A stretch of 64,000 nucleotides of DNA from Candidatus Aenigmatarchaeota archaeon (GCA_030600555.1 JAUVLW010000001.1:6411-70410), one strand, 5' to 3'. Positions 28,029 to 39,386 are shown, counted from the stretch's first letter. A program made the numbers and translations. The notes: a model not told the origin generated them from the letters alone.

Positions 28029-29885
28029 ATGGATTATCTGAAGACAGTTAAAGAACTTCTTCCTGAACTCCCGGATGCAAGAATTCATTACGAAGGCAGT
28101 AAAATTGTCATTTATACCCGTGATAAGGAATTCTTCTTGAGACAGGATGAAAAGGTAAGGGAAATAGTGGAGAAAATAAAAAAAAGAGTAGAGATAAGAA
28201 TCGAATCAGATACATTATCTTCCACAGAAGATACAATCAAAAAAATCAAGGAGATTGTGCCAATTGATGCTGAGATTTCAGATATATCTTTTGAGCCTGA
28301 TTTTTCAAAAGTAACAATTATAGTCAAATTTCCGCAGAAAGCTATTGGCGAGATGGGGGAAACTGTTAGAAGGATTAAACACGAAACTTTATGGATTCCA
28401 CTTGTGCAAAGAGTTGCTTCCCCAAAATCCCATCATGTTGAGGTAATTAGGAATGTTTTAGTTCAGAGTTCAAAATACAGGAAGAGATTTTTAAATAATG
28501 TTGGAAAAAATATTTATCAGGGAGAACCAAAAGAAACAAAATATGCCCGGGTTATTTCTTTAGGGAGTTGCAGGGAAGTTGGGAGAAGTTGTTTTATATT
28601 GCAAACTCCAAATTCAAATGTGATGCTTGATTGCGGACTTTCTACTGGAGCTTCCGGGGAAGATCAATATCCAATCTTTTCTTCTGATTTTAATATAGAC
28701 ACTTTGGATGCAATTGTGTTGAGCCACGCGCATCTTGACCACAGCGGATTTATACCTTATCTTTTCAAGATGGGTTATGATGGTCCGGTTTATTGCACAG
28801 AACCAACAAGAGAACTTTCCGCTCTTTTGCAATTAGATACCATACAATTGATGCAAAAAGAATATGGTAAGAGTGTGTATACCAGTTCAGATATAAAGAA
28901 AGCGATAAAGAATACAATACCTTTAAAATACAAGGAAGTTACTGATATTACTTCAGATATCAGGTTGATTTTTGAAAATGCAGGACACCTTCTTGGAAGC
29001 GCAATATCCCATTTTAATATAGCAAACGGTAAGGTAAATATAATTTATACGGGAGATATAAAATATTCAGTTTCTAATTTGCTCAACCCCGCATTCACGC
29101 AGTTTATGAGGTGCGAAGGTTTAATAATGGAAAGCACTTATGGAGCTCCAAATGATGTAACTCCCCGATTGGAGGATGCGGAAAAAGAATTAATCTCTAT
29201 AATTAAGGAGACCAGCAAAAGAGGTGGAAAAATATTAATGCCTTCTTTTGCAGTTGGAAGGGGACAGGAGATTATGGTAATTCTTGAAAAATACAAGGTA
29301 GATATACCTGTTTATGTTGACGGGATGATTTTTGATGCTTCCGCAATCCATTCAACTTATCCAAAATATCTTGCGCGGGATCTTCAAAAACAAATAATCA
29401 GCGGGAACAATCCTTTTGAATCTGACAGGTTTATCCATGTTGCCAGTTATGCTGAAAGGCAGCAGGTATTGAGTGATGAGAAACCTTATATAGTTATTGC
29501 AACTTCAGGTATGATGAATGGCGGTCCCATCCTGGAATACTTTAAGAAATTCGGGCCAGACCCAAAAAACACTTTGGTTAATGTTGGGTATCAGGCTCGC
29601 GGAACTATTGGAAGCAAGATACAAAAAGGAGATAAAGAAGTGGAGTTGCCGAGCGGGGAAAAAGTTGAGTCCAATATTGAAATAAGGACTTTAGATGGTC
29701 TTTCAGGGCACTCTGACAGGAAACAATTGCTTAATTTTATAGGTCACTTAAAAGAAAAACCAAAAAGAGTTTTAATTAATCATGGAGAATCTTCCAAAGC
29801 AATTGGACTTGCTGAAGCAATCCATAGTATATTCAATATTGAAAGTTATGCTCCGATGAATATGGAGGCTATGAGATTTCTTTAG
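28029..29885 (+). CDS. fttA: archaeal CPSF1 / FttA beta-CASP ribonuclease (KH + MBL + beta-CASP)
   Basis: N-terminal KH domains and the metallo-beta-lactamase motif LSHAHLDHSG. 618 aa. Confidence 0.9.
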   Translation: MDYLKTVKELLPELPDARIHYEGSKIVIYTRDKEFFLRQDEKVREIVEKIKKRVEIRIESDTLSSTEDTIKKIKEIVPIDAEISDISFEPDFSKVTIIVKFPQKAIGEMGETVRRIKHETLWIPLVQRVASPKSHHVEVIRNVLVQSSKYRKRFLNNVGKNIYQGEPKETKYARVISLGSCREVGRSCFILQTPNSNVMLDCGLSTGASGEDQYPIFSSDFNIDTLDAIVLSHAHLDHSGFIPYLFKMGYDGPVYCTEPTRELSALLQLDTIQLMQKEYGKSVYTSSDIKKAIKNTIPLKYKEVTDITSDIRLIFENAGHLLGSAISHFNIANGKVNIIYTGDIKYSVSNLLNPAFTQFMRCEGLIMESTYGAPNDVTPRLEDAEKELISIIKETSKRGGKILMPSFAVGRGQEIMVILEKYKVDIPVYVDGMIFDASAIHSTYPKYLARDLQKQIISGNNPFESDRFIHVASYAERQQVLSDEKPYIVIATSGMMNGGPILEYFKKFGPDPKNTLVNVGYQARGTIGSKIQKGDKEVELPSGEKVESNIEIRTLDGLSGHSDRKQLLNFIGHLKEKPKRVLINHGESSKAIGLAEAIHSIFNIESYAPMNMEAMRFL

Positions 29886-30030
29886 TTGTGTGGATTAGGA
29901 TATGCGATAATTTCTCTGAAATATAAACTATTTAAAATATATTAATGATATGAGTCTACTAAATAATTCAGTACATTTTAATTTTTTTAAAAACAAAGAA
30001 TTCAATTAATTTTACATATCAATATTTATT

Positions 30031-31097
30031 ATGAATTTTGGTGAATCTTTAATTAACATTTTCGTTCCCATCTATTTGTTTAATCAAGGTTATGAAATTT
30101 ATCATATTATAATCTTTTATTTTTTAGTTTCATTTTATTTTTTAGTGTTTTCTTATAGCGGCGCTAAATTAGTTGGAAAGATTGGAGAAAAACATTCCAT
30201 TCTTATTTCAACTATTTTCCTTATAACTTATTATTTATAAATAAATATGTTATTCTATTCTACATCTTACCTTTATTATTCTCTTTGAGGGCAATATTGT
30301 TTAACTATGGATATCATCTAAATTATATTAATCATTCTCAAAGAAAAAAGAGGGGAAAAGAATTGGCTTTTATAGGGATTATTATTTTATTATCCACAGC
30401 ATCTGCTCCGTTGATAGGGAGCGTAATTGCAAATATTAATTTTACAATTGTATTTATAATTAGTTCTTTATTGGTAATTATTGGGACGGTTCCACTTTTC
30501 TTTACAAAAGATTCATATGAAAAAGTAAATTTTACTTTTGATAATCTAGCAGAAAAATTATTCTCAAAGAAAGATAGGGGAAATTTTATTAGTTTTTCAG
30601 GTTATGCTATAGAATCAATAATTGGTAGAACTATCTGGACTATTTTTTTAATAATAATAATAGGATCAATTTTTAAAACTGGTTTAATAATTTCGTTAAC
30701 ACTCTTAATTTCTCTCGGGATATTTTATTTTATGGGTAGAATTACAGACAAATATGATAAGATAAAACTCATAAAAATAGGAACTATTTTATACTTTTTT
30801 GCATGGATTGGTCGTATTTTTGCGGATACCTATTATAAAATATTATTTATTGATTCTTATAAAAATTTGAGTGAAAAAATAGTGCATATCCCTTGGTCAT
30901 CGCATAGTTATGATTTGGCAGAAAAAGAAGATTATTTTTGTTTCATAGTGTCAAGAGAGATAATATTTAATTTTATTAGAGTTTTAATCTTACCTGTTTT
31001 ATCTTTCATTTTTTGGATAGATTACAATCCTTTTCTTATTAGTTTTTTTATTGCTGCTATATTTAGTCTCGGGTATGTATTTATTAAAAAAGAATAG
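30031..31097 (+). pseudogene. MFS-type transporter split by stop/frameshift (fragments 30031..30240 and 30285..31097)
   Basis: Fragment 1 has TM1-3 and an MFS motif-A-like GAKLVGKIGEKHSIL. Fragment 2 has ~8 TM helices and a second motif-A-like GRITDKYDKIKLIKIG. The fragments are in different frames and separated by TAA. Confidence 0.4.
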
Positions 31098-31151
31098 ACT
31101 GTTGTTGGATTTAGGTTTATAATTTGATTATTTCTTATTAGATATAAAAAT

Positions 31152-33737
31152 CTATTTTACAATAACCCCTTCCGCAGAACTTAAATTAATTTCTCTGTAG
31201 ATAACAGGTCTCTCAGTTGAACTTAATATTTCACCCCTCCATTTTTCATCTGTTAACCTGTCGTCCATAGGCCATGCGAATTCATAGTAACTAAAAATTG
31301 GACCTACTGCAATTCCAATCCTTCCATCTTTTGCTTTATGCGCAACAACAATCCAGTCAACTTTTCCGGTTCCAACCTCAAGGACTTTCTTTGTATTTGA
31401 TTCTGTGTGAACATCCGCAATCATGCTTGTTTTAAAAGCCTCATCTTTTCCTTCAAGAACTGTTTTTTTAGTGCATTGTTTTCCAACAGGGCATCCTCCT
31501 GATTGTATTTCCAAAGCGGACGCAAGATTTTCAAGTATTGAATCAAATCTTGAATTAATAGATTTTATATAATCATAATCTTCTTCTGTTAAATTTTCCG
31601 CTTTCAGTTCTTTCTCGGAAATTATTCTCAATTTTTCCATCATTTCAGAACTTTGCTCAAGGGAACTTCGGACTTCGTCAGTTATAATCTCTTGTTCACC
31701 TAGTCCTTGTTTAAGGAAATCAATGGCGTATTTTGCTCTTGCAAATAATTCGGGGTTTGGTTCAACATAACCATAATATTTTGCTTCAATTGGATCTGGC
31801 ATTGAAGTGATTCCAAGTGCGGTTGCCCAAGTATAACTTTGCTTTACATACAAAATTGTGTCATGTCTTAATTCAGCCCAGCTTGACAAACTTGTAATTA
31901 AATCCTTTAATTTCCAGGTTTCATTTCTCATCCAGTTTGGATATCCTTCAGGTTTCTCTTTCAGAACCGGTTGTAACATCCAGAGCCAGGTATTATATAA
32001 ATTCTTTGTCCACATTTCTTCGGAGTATGAATCTATAAGGGTTCTTAGTTCATACTGTTTTTTATCATAACCGCAGTATCCATTATTATAATATTCATTT
32101 AGTGTCTGTTCTGCTTTTTTAGAACCCAGAATATTTATAACATCCAATCCTGTTGGCATAAATCTGCACACAGAATATAATTGAGATTCATTTAATCCCC
32201 CGCAAAATCCGGCGGTATGCATTTCCAATGCTTTGCTGCAGACTTCATTCCAGTACTTTGTGCGGTCTTCATCCATATAAGTGCATGTGGTATAGAATCC
32301 TTTTGGTTTTGAAAGTTTTGAATAAGTTGATTCGCAGTCCAGAACTTTTTGGTAATACGGCGATTTTACATTAGGTCCAACATTTTTGTAAACCAAATCC
32401 CCAAGTATTTGAGAATCAATTGCGTATCTTTGCCCGATTAATCTTAAACCCTGCGTCAGTTCTTTTAGGTTTCCTGCAAGGTCGATTTCAAATCCCCCGA
32501 GAATTTTCGGACCTTCTGAGTTATTTAGTTCTTTCTGTATTTTTTTTGCGACATTTACTGTAAGAGTCATTTCTTCATCAAATTCATAACCATAAACTTT
32601 TTTTATAGCTTCGTCATAATCATAAAAAGTAAAGTCATCCGATACTCCGGCAAAGAAACTTGTTATTGAATATATCTTGTTGTAGATTTCTGAAGCCGGA
32701 TAAATTTTTCCTTCAAATTTAACTTCTGCTGATTTTACTGCATCGGTCAATAGAATTGCCTGTTTTGTCCAACCATCCCCTCTTGTTTTAAAAGTAATTC
32801 TTCCAAGCCACATCATTGATTTGAAATATTGTTTTAGTCCTTCTGAACTCGTGTAATGACCTCTTGGAACATATTGCGAATAATCTTCACAGTAACATTC
32901 TCTTGTGCAGATTTCACTGTAAAATTCAACAGAGTCCCATTCTTTTCCCTGATAAAATATTTTTCCGCCTTTTATCTCCTGGCTGCATTTTTCATTTTCC
33001 CATTTAGGAAAAGCGAGCCTTAAGCATTCATCTGGGCAGTCTTTACTCATGATTTCAGATTTGAAAAATCCTTCATGCTTTTCTATTCTATCAAGTTCTT
33101 TGTTCACATCATCTGCGACAAAATAAGTGACTACATAATTAGGGTCGAGCAGTTTCATTGCAACGCTCAGGTAAGCAATATTTCTTTTTGAAAGTTCTTT
33201 TAGTTCTCCATCTTCAAACCCATTGTATTGCCTCATGGATTCTTTTATCAAAGATTTTAAAAATTCTTTTAACATTGGGGATAATTTTTTAATTTCAAGA
33301 TTCTTGAGAATCTCATTAAATTCAAGGTGGAATAAATGCAATATTGAATCTGAGGTTATAAATACAGGTATGTCTTTTTGGTTGAGGTTTAAATAAGCAT
33401 GTTCAAATCGGTCATATTCAGTTCCAGATAAAATTATGGCTCCATTATTTAGTAAAGTCTGTATTTGTTCTTCGCTTAGATTATTTCCAAATCTTTCAAC
33501 TAAATCTCTTTGGTAATTTTCCGGCAATTCTGTTAAAGGCAATTCATATTCGGAATTGTTATAAGTTTCAGGCGTATATTCATAATCTGACAGGAACATT
33601 GAAAGTCTTGGTTGTGGGATTGCGCCTGAGGAATAAACCGATTCTTTTTCACCCAGCACCGTCGGAGGGTTTGTGTAATAAAAAACTGTATAAATCGCCA
33701 CCAGAATAACTAAGGTGATTATAATTAGTTTTTTCAT
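31152..33737 (-). CDS. large secreted/extracytoplasmic protein, Cys-rich, unknown function
   Basis: 861 aa with an N-terminal signal/anchor helix and many Cys. No catalytic motif recognised. Confidence 0.5.
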   Translation of the reverse strand: MKKLIIITLVILVAIYTVFYYTNPPTVLGEKESVYSSGAIPQPRLSMFLSDYEYTPETYNNSEYELPLTELPENYQRDLVERFGNNLSEEQIQTLLNNGAIILSGTEYDRFEHAYLNLNQKDIPVFITSDSILHLFHLEFNEILKNLEIKKLSPMLKEFLKSLIKESMRQYNGFEDGELKELSKRNIAYLSVAMKLLDPNYVVTYFVADDVNKELDRIEKHEGFFKSEIMSKDCPDECLRLAFPKWENEKCSQEIKGGKIFYQGKEWDSVEFYSEICTRECYCEDYSQYVPRGHYTSSEGLKQYFKSMMWLGRITFKTRGDGWTKQAILLTDAVKSAEVKFEGKIYPASEIYNKIYSITSFFAGVSDDFTFYDYDEAIKKVYGYEFDEEMTLTVNVAKKIQKELNNSEGPKILGGFEIDLAGNLKELTQGLRLIGQRYAIDSQILGDLVYKNVGPNVKSPYYQKVLDCESTYSKLSKPKGFYTTCTYMDEDRTKYWNEVCSKALEMHTAGFCGGLNESQLYSVCRFMPTGLDVINILGSKKAEQTLNEYYNNGYCGYDKKQYELRTLIDSYSEEMWTKNLYNTWLWMLQPVLKEKPEGYPNWMRNETWKLKDLITSLSSWAELRHDTILYVKQSYTWATALGITSMPDPIEAKYYGYVEPNPELFARAKYAIDFLKQGLGEQEIITDEVRSSLEQSSEMMEKLRIISEKELKAENLTEEDYDYIKSINSRFDSILENLASALEIQSGGCPVGKQCTKKTVLEGKDEAFKTSMIADVHTESNTKKVLEVGTGKVDWIVVAHKAKDGRIGIAVGPIFSYYEFAWPMDDRLTDEKWRGEILSSTERPVIYREINLSSAEGVIVK

Positions 33738-33868
33738 AATGATATTCGGAATTTTGATTATATAAGGAATTTGATAATTTCAATATTTGGTTTTGTTTCA
33801 GAAGATCTCCAGATTTCCTGTAAATTTGGGTATTTATAATTTAAATTACTATTAATTAGTGGAACAAA

Positions 33869-34438
33869 ATGGACAATAGAATTTATAGGAAAAGAGTTGA
33901 GCAAAGTTGGAGAAAAAATATAGGAAGAGATGTTGGAGGGAATCCTGAGCGAAAGGGAACTGGATCTGAGGTTGAACAAGATCAAGGGGATTATATTCAT
34001 TCAGGTCGCATGGATTTATTAAATGATACTTTTAAACATATTATTACAAGAATTAAAGAAGAACCTATAGGAAATAAATATATTGATATTTTGTTTGGTC
34101 ATGATGTCTGGGGTGTTTTTAAATATGATTGCCTTAAAATTGAAGAAACTGAACTTGGGTATGCGCCAACAAAATTCATCTATTATACTGAAAATTCTGA
34201 AAAGAAGGAAATAGATTTATTTTCAAAAATAGGCCTCGATTCAGAAGATCCTTATGAACCTGTTTTTGGACCTATTAGTAAATATTTTGAAAGAAGCGGT
34301 TCAGATATTAAATATGGCAATTTAGTTGAAAGATATATCAATGCGAAAGAACGATTAAGAGAGCATACAGAATTAACTGAAAATAATGTATTTTTTGTTG
34401 AACAACGTTCAGATTGGTATCTAAGTTATTCTAAATAA
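33869..34438 (+). CDS. hypothetical protein
   Basis: 189 aa ORF. Confidence 0.35.
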   Translation: MDNRIYRKRVEQSWRKNIGRDVGGNPERKGTGSEVEQDQGDYIHSGRMDLLNDTFKHIITRIKEEPIGNKYIDILFGHDVWGVFKYDCLKIEETELGYAPTKFIYYTENSEKKEIDLFSKIGLDSEDPYEPVFGPISKYFERSGSDIKYGNLVERYINAKERLREHTELTENNVFFVEQRSDWYLSYSK

Positions 34439-34452
34439 AATAAATAATAAGA

Positions 34453-34851
34453 TTATTTTATTTTAACAATTAATTCTCTGTTTCTGGGTTTATTGTCAAA
34501 GTCAATGAATATAATCTGCTGCCAGGTTCCTAAAACTAAATCACCATTTTCCACTGGAATGCACATTGATGGTTTTAGCAAAGCGCTTCTTATGTGGGCA
34601 TAACCATTGCCGTCGCCCCATCTTTTATTGTGCTCATAATTTTCGTTCATAGGAGCAATTTTTTCAAGAACATTTTTCAAATCAGAAATAGCTCCGCTTT
34701 CAAATTCAATTGTTGTGATTCCTCCAGTTGAACCAGGGCAGAAAACAAGGCAGATGCCCTCTTTGACTTTTGAGTCTTTTACAATTTCCCTGACTTTATT
34801 TGTGATGTCAATTATATCACTGAATCCTTTTGTCTGAATCGAGAAGTTCAT
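34453..34851 (-). CDS. YjbQ/UPF0047 family protein (secondary thiamine-phosphate synthase-like)
   Basis: 132 aa; ..GICLVFCPGSTGGITTIE...GDGNGYAHIRSAL...LVLGTWQQIIFIDFD.. matches the YjbQ pattern. Confidence 0.7.
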   Translation of the reverse strand: MNFSIQTKGFSDIIDITNKVREIVKDSKVKEGICLVFCPGSTGGITTIEFESGAISDLKNVLEKIAPMNENYEHNKRWGDGNGYAHIRSALLKPSMCIPVENGDLVLGTWQQIIFIDFDNKPRNRELIVKIK

Positions 34852-34869
34852 AATTTAAAAGAAATATTT

Positions 34870-36267
34870 CTAAAAATATGGCTGAAAGAGAATAATTATA
34901 ATAAGTAAGCTAATCAAAATCAGTAAACTGCTTATCCAAACCCATTTTTTTGAATTTTTATGCGCTGCGTAAAATCCAGCCAACAAACTAAGACCTTCAA
35001 TAAATATTAATTGTTTTGGCAGTTGCGTGGATAATATAATGCACCCCAGTAAAGATAGGAATAAAAGTGTATAATAAACATATTTGTTTTTTAGTTTAGT
35101 TAAACCCATTTTGGCAAAATAACCAACAATAAAAGGAAGACCTGCTATTATGAAACATATGCCTGAGAGTAAACTGAGGATTAAGGTAAATTCTAAAACA
35201 GGGAAAACCAAATTCCTAATTTTTTCGTTTAGGGAAATATAATTTGGGTCCAAATCTGAGTTGTATTTCGTTGATGCGAAATAAGAATCTTCTTTTAAGT
35301 CTTTCAAATCACCGTCATATGTTAATTGAGTAATATATTTTTCATTTGTTAAGTTATATTTATCTTTTAAGGAATTGGTTAAAGGGGTCATTTTTGCAGT
35401 AGATAAAACATTTCTTTCATCCTCTACAGGTGTTTCTGAAAAAACATACACTTTTACTTCAGTATCTCCGTCATTGATACTTGAAATTTTCATTGGATAA
35501 AAGGGTTTTTCTGGTTGGAAGGTGAATTTTAATGGTGTGGAAATTCCTTGTTTTAATTCGTAAAGAATTTTTATTGCAGAGCTCGATGCATTTTCACATT
35601 CAGTTTCATATTCTAACCAATATTTTATATATTCTTCCAAGTATTCATCTTCAATAAGATAATCCGGAATGGAAATTGCTTCAGCGCATATTCTATCCAT
35701 ATTTGTAATTTTCAAATTTTCATATTTATTTGTTAGATTAATTTTGTTTGCAATAAAATAAAAATCTCCTCTATCGCAATAATCCTGCAAAATAGGTATT
35801 GCGGTTTCAGGTGTATTGTATCCATTCTCATTCAACCAATCAACAAGAACTGAAGCATCGGTGGCTTTCAGAATTGTAATATCATAAATGTCAACTTTCT
35901 TGGTTTCTATAACCTGGATTCCCTGATTTCGCATTCCACCATCCATAACTCCGAGACCCCAACCTTTAGAAGTATCTATTGGATTAAATAAGTCCGTTAA
36001 TTCATAAAATATCTGTATATCTCCTTCATCAACTTCTGGTTTTACTTTGGAAGGAATTGGCACAACCCAAGCCAGATTAGTTAAGTTATCAACGCTTATT
36101 TTTGTGGATAAAATCATTGTTTCTGTTGTCCCGTCCCAGAAAATTGCCGCCTTTTGCGAGGGGGCATAGACTTCGCTGTAATCCGGAATAAATACGCAGC
36201 CATCAGCAATAGTTAAAGGCAATAAACAAATCGCAATTAATAAAAAGGTAAATAATTTTTCATTCAT
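34870..36267 (-). CDS. hypothetical extracytoplasmic protein with signal peptide and C-terminal TM anchors
   Basis: 465 aa: an N-terminal signal peptide and 2-3 C-terminal TM helices. Confidence 0.45.
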   Translation of the reverse strand: MNEKLFTFLLIAICLLPLTIADGCVFIPDYSEVYAPSQKAAIFWDGTTETMILSTKISVDNLTNLAWVVPIPSKVKPEVDEGDIQIFYELTDLFNPIDTSKGWGLGVMDGGMRNQGIQVIETKKVDIYDITILKATDASVLVDWLNENGYNTPETAIPILQDYCDRGDFYFIANKINLTNKYENLKITNMDRICAEAISIPDYLIEDEYLEEYIKYWLEYETECENASSSAIKILYELKQGISTPLKFTFQPEKPFYPMKISSINDGDTEVKVYVFSETPVEDERNVLSTAKMTPLTNSLKDKYNLTNEKYITQLTYDGDLKDLKEDSYFASTKYNSDLDPNYISLNEKIRNLVFPVLEFTLILSLLSGICFIIAGLPFIVGYFAKMGLTKLKNKYVYYTLLFLSLLGCIILSTQLPKQLIFIEGLSLLAGFYAAHKNSKKWVWISSLLILISLLIIIILFQPYF

Positions 36268-36298
36268 AAGGATATCTGTTTAGAATTATATTAAATAA

Positions 36299-36985
36299 TT
36301 AAAATCCATTTGGTACAACGAAAATCAAATCCCTCTTAAAGATTTTATCTTCTCCATTAATTTCAATCTCAGCTCTTTGACCCTGCAGGTCTTTGTTGAT
36401 AATTATTTTTTTGAGTTTTCCTTTCACTCCTTTATTTCTACCTCTTATAATTAAAACCTCAGAGCCTTCTTTGTAAGGCACAACTTCCAGAATTTTTTTG
36501 GATTTAATTGAAATTTTTATTGTGTCAGAAACCATATATTTGTCTTTGTCTTCTTTTGACAATAAGATATTTTTACCATTATGTAAGTTTAACTGAAGAC
36601 CTTTTTTTACCATGGTTTTGCCTATAATTTTGCAGTATTTTGAATCTGCGTCTTTATCGCTGATTTTTTTTAATTCAAAACTTTTCTTTGAAGGAAGCAC
36701 GAGATAATTCTCTTTGTTTCCCTTATTTGTTATAATATCCATCAATCCAACCGGAAACCTTCTTTCTGTAATTTCTTTACCATCCACCAAAATTTCTTTG
36801 TTATTTAGGATTTTCTTTGCGTCTCTGCTTGTTTTACCAAGTTTTAGGATATCCCTGATAACTATTGTAATAGGTATTGATGTTGCTTTTGGATGAGGTC
36901 CCGGGATAGGAACCACTGCAAATCTTTCCTCTTTTCTTGCCAAAGGCCAAAACCCAGGCATTTTTTGTCTTTTTAGGTGTGTCAT
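36299..36985 (-). CDS. rps4e: 30S ribosomal protein S4e
   Basis: MTHLKRQKMPGFWPLARKEERFAVVPIPGPH.. is the eS4 N-terminus. 228 aa. Confidence 0.9.
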   Translation of the reverse strand: MTHLKRQKMPGFWPLARKEERFAVVPIPGPHPKATSIPITIVIRDILKLGKTSRDAKKILNNKEILVDGKEITERRFPVGLMDIITNKGNKENYLVLPSKKSFELKKISDKDADSKYCKIIGKTMVKKGLQLNLHNGKNILLSKEDKDKYMVSDTIKISIKSKKILEVVPYKEGSEVLIIRGRNKGVKGKLKKIIINKDLQGQRAEIEINGEDKIFKRDLIFVVPNGF

Positions 36986-37167
36986 AAATTAGATAAAATT
37001 AAATAAATAAGCCTTGTTTGAATTATAAAACCCGTTATTTAATAAGATTATTTTTTATTATGACTGGAATTTGCGTTTACCTGCGAATTTTTGCAGAATA
37101 TAAATTATATATATCAAAAGTTATTCTATTATGGTAGTAAATATATTAGAATTAATTGGTGTGAATT

Positions 37168-37797
37168 ATGGTAAATAAAAGATGGATGTGTGGTGAAGAA
37201 ATGTATTTTAGATCAGTCCGACCAGAGAATTCTATAAAAATTACTGATATGGTAAAACCCACAAAAGAGGGTTTAAACGGTAACGGTGTTTATGCAACAA
37301 CCAGTTTACAGGATGCTGTCTTAGAATGGGGTAGAGTAAAATTTGGGGATAACTCGGAAGATGGGACTATAATGTTACTAAAACCTAAAGGAAAGTGGTA
37401 TAAACCAAGATATACTGGCAACATAACGCCAAAATATAGTAAGAAAGCCCACCATCTTGAAAAAACAGTTAGAGTTTATAAAGATAATGATTCATCCCTT
37501 CCCGATGTGGAAGGTATAGTGAATTATAGAATACTTATTAACTGTAATGATGGTGATGATTCCTTTGAAGTAGAGCAAAAATCCCAGAAAGTTGATGGCA
37601 GACAAATTGAAATATATGACATAACCTTAAAATCAAGTGATGCCAATTACAGTACGGTATTGGAAAAAGATATGGCTCATTACATCTCTTCATATCTCCA
37701 CAATGACAGAAAATTTAATGAAATGTGCAGTAATAATAGTATTTGGAGTTATACTCCAAAGGAAGAAGAATTAAAAGCTAATGTTATGTTTGGATAA
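37168..37797 (+). CDS. hypothetical protein
   Basis: 209 aa ORF. Confidence 0.35.
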   Translation: MVNKRWMCGEEMYFRSVRPENSIKITDMVKPTKEGLNGNGVYATTSLQDAVLEWGRVKFGDNSEDGTIMLLKPKGKWYKPRYTGNITPKYSKKAHHLEKTVRVYKDNDSSLPDVEGIVNYRILINCNDGDDSFEVEQKSQKVDGRQIEIYDITLKSSDANYSTVLEKDMAHYISSYLHNDRKFNEMCSNNSIWSYTPKEEELKANVMFG

Positions 37798-38161
37798 ATA
37801 TTATATAGCTCCAGATAATTTACTTAAGTGTAAAAAAGGAGACCCTAGATTTAAAATCAGATTAGATTCTTTTTTGGAGGAGTGCGGTTTAACTGAAAAA
37901 TATCGTGGATTGTTTTATGATTAGTTTGCAAGAGTTTCTTGTTTTTATAGGGTATTTTAAATTTGCAATTAAATAAAAATAAATAAGGTTTTTTAGTTTT
38001 TTTAATCCATATATTTTTTAGTTATTTGTTTTTCAACTAATTCATTCAAATCAATTCCTTTATAGGTTGTTCCATATCCAGGTCCTAAATAGGCACTGTT
38101 ATCCAGTCTATTGTCTTTGAGTTCCATATTATTAAATGATAATAAAGGGTTTAAATATTCA

Positions 38162-39343
38162 TTATTCTCCAAAAATCTTAGCCCAGAACCCTTTTTTCTT
38201 CTTTTTCTTAAGTTCTACTTCAAGTTTCTTGTTATAAGCATCAATTTTCTTTTCCGCAATCTCCGCGGCTTTTTTGTTGTTTCCTACTCCAACTGTAAGC
38301 CCAACACCAATGATTATAACTTTCTTTTTCACTTCTTTCATGCACCTCCATACTGCTTCATCAACAAAGGGCAGAGCTTCTTTAATCTCTTTTTTCATTG
38401 GCATTAATGCCTGTTCAGGTTTCATTTTAACTATAACCCCGTCAACAGGAATGTTTTTATCTGTGAGGAAAGTCTCTGCAAAGAATCTTTCTGCTCCTCT
38501 TGGACCCATTGCAAACCCAACTCCTTCCGCAACCAATCCTATCTTCTCGCTTTCAAGAGCCCCGCTCGCATCTATTGTGATTATTTTATCTATTTTGTTC
38601 TTTGCGACAATTTTCCTGATTGCTTCATCAATATTTCCAAGGTTTGCTCCAGGACCGTCAGCTTTTAAAATGAAAACATCTTTCCCATCAAGTTTTTTCT
38701 TTGCGACAATTGTTCCTTCAGATATTTTTTCGGTTTTTGTATCCCCGATTATATTTGCGGCGTAAAGCGGACCAATGCAATCTCCAACAGGAATGCTTTC
38801 AATTAAAGCAGGGATAGAGCTATACAATGCTTTCATCTGTTTGTCAATAAAAGGTAATTGCATTTGCAGTATCATCCCTATCTGGAAATTTTTTGTTTGT
38901 TTTATAAGTTCAATAAAATGTTTAATAATCTTTGTTATCTGGTATAAACCGATTGTGTGCGTTATGCTTGCGGCTAAGTTTCTTTGGTATTCTTTTGAAA
39001 ATCCTTCTGTGATATCTTCAACAAATAAATCTAATTTTTTGTCGTGCCTGTTTGTGATATATCTGACTTTCTTTGCAATCCCATTTGGATCTATGGAATC
39101 AGGCTCAACAACAAAAGTTTCCATTATCCGGTCAATACTAGCTTTTAGTTGTTTGTTTGTGAGTTTTGTTTTTTTATCTATTTTTTTAAGTATTAATTTC
39201 TGCGCTTTTGTAGTCATTTCCTCGTAACTTGCGGCTTTGGCATTCAATAATGTAAGAATCTGGTATAGCATTATTCTTGGAAACAAGAACATGAATGCAA
39301 TAAAAAGCACAAAACTAATTATCTCAAATACGCCTCCGAACAT
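38162..39343 (-). CDS. hypothetical membrane-anchored protein (possibly archaeal DUF1512-like)
   Basis: 393 aa with an N-terminal TM helix and a KKKKKK tail. The family assignment is tentative. Confidence 0.4.
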   Translation of the reverse strand: MFGGVFEIISFVLFIAFMFLFPRIMLYQILTLLNAKAASYEEMTTKAQKLILKKIDKKTKLTNKQLKASIDRIMETFVVEPDSIDPNGIAKKVRYITNRHDKKLDLFVEDITEGFSKEYQRNLAASITHTIGLYQITKIIKHFIELIKQTKNFQIGMILQMQLPFIDKQMKALYSSIPALIESIPVGDCIGPLYAANIIGDTKTEKISEGTIVAKKKLDGKDVFILKADGPGANLGNIDEAIRKIVAKNKIDKIITIDASGALESEKIGLVAEGVGFAMGPRGAERFFAETFLTDKNIPVDGVIVKMKPEQALMPMKKEIKEALPFVDEAVWRCMKEVKKKVIIIGVGLTVGVGNNKKAAEIAEKKIDAYNKKLEVELKKKKKKGFWAKIFGE

Positions 39344-39386
39344 TATACTATTAGATTAAATTAAATATAGTTCAAATTGGTTGTTT

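Noticed and set aside
38111-38407. 98 aa plus-strand ORF.
   Set aside because: It overlaps the 3' end of the larger minus-strand gene 38162..39343 and consists of low-complexity F/L/N codons.
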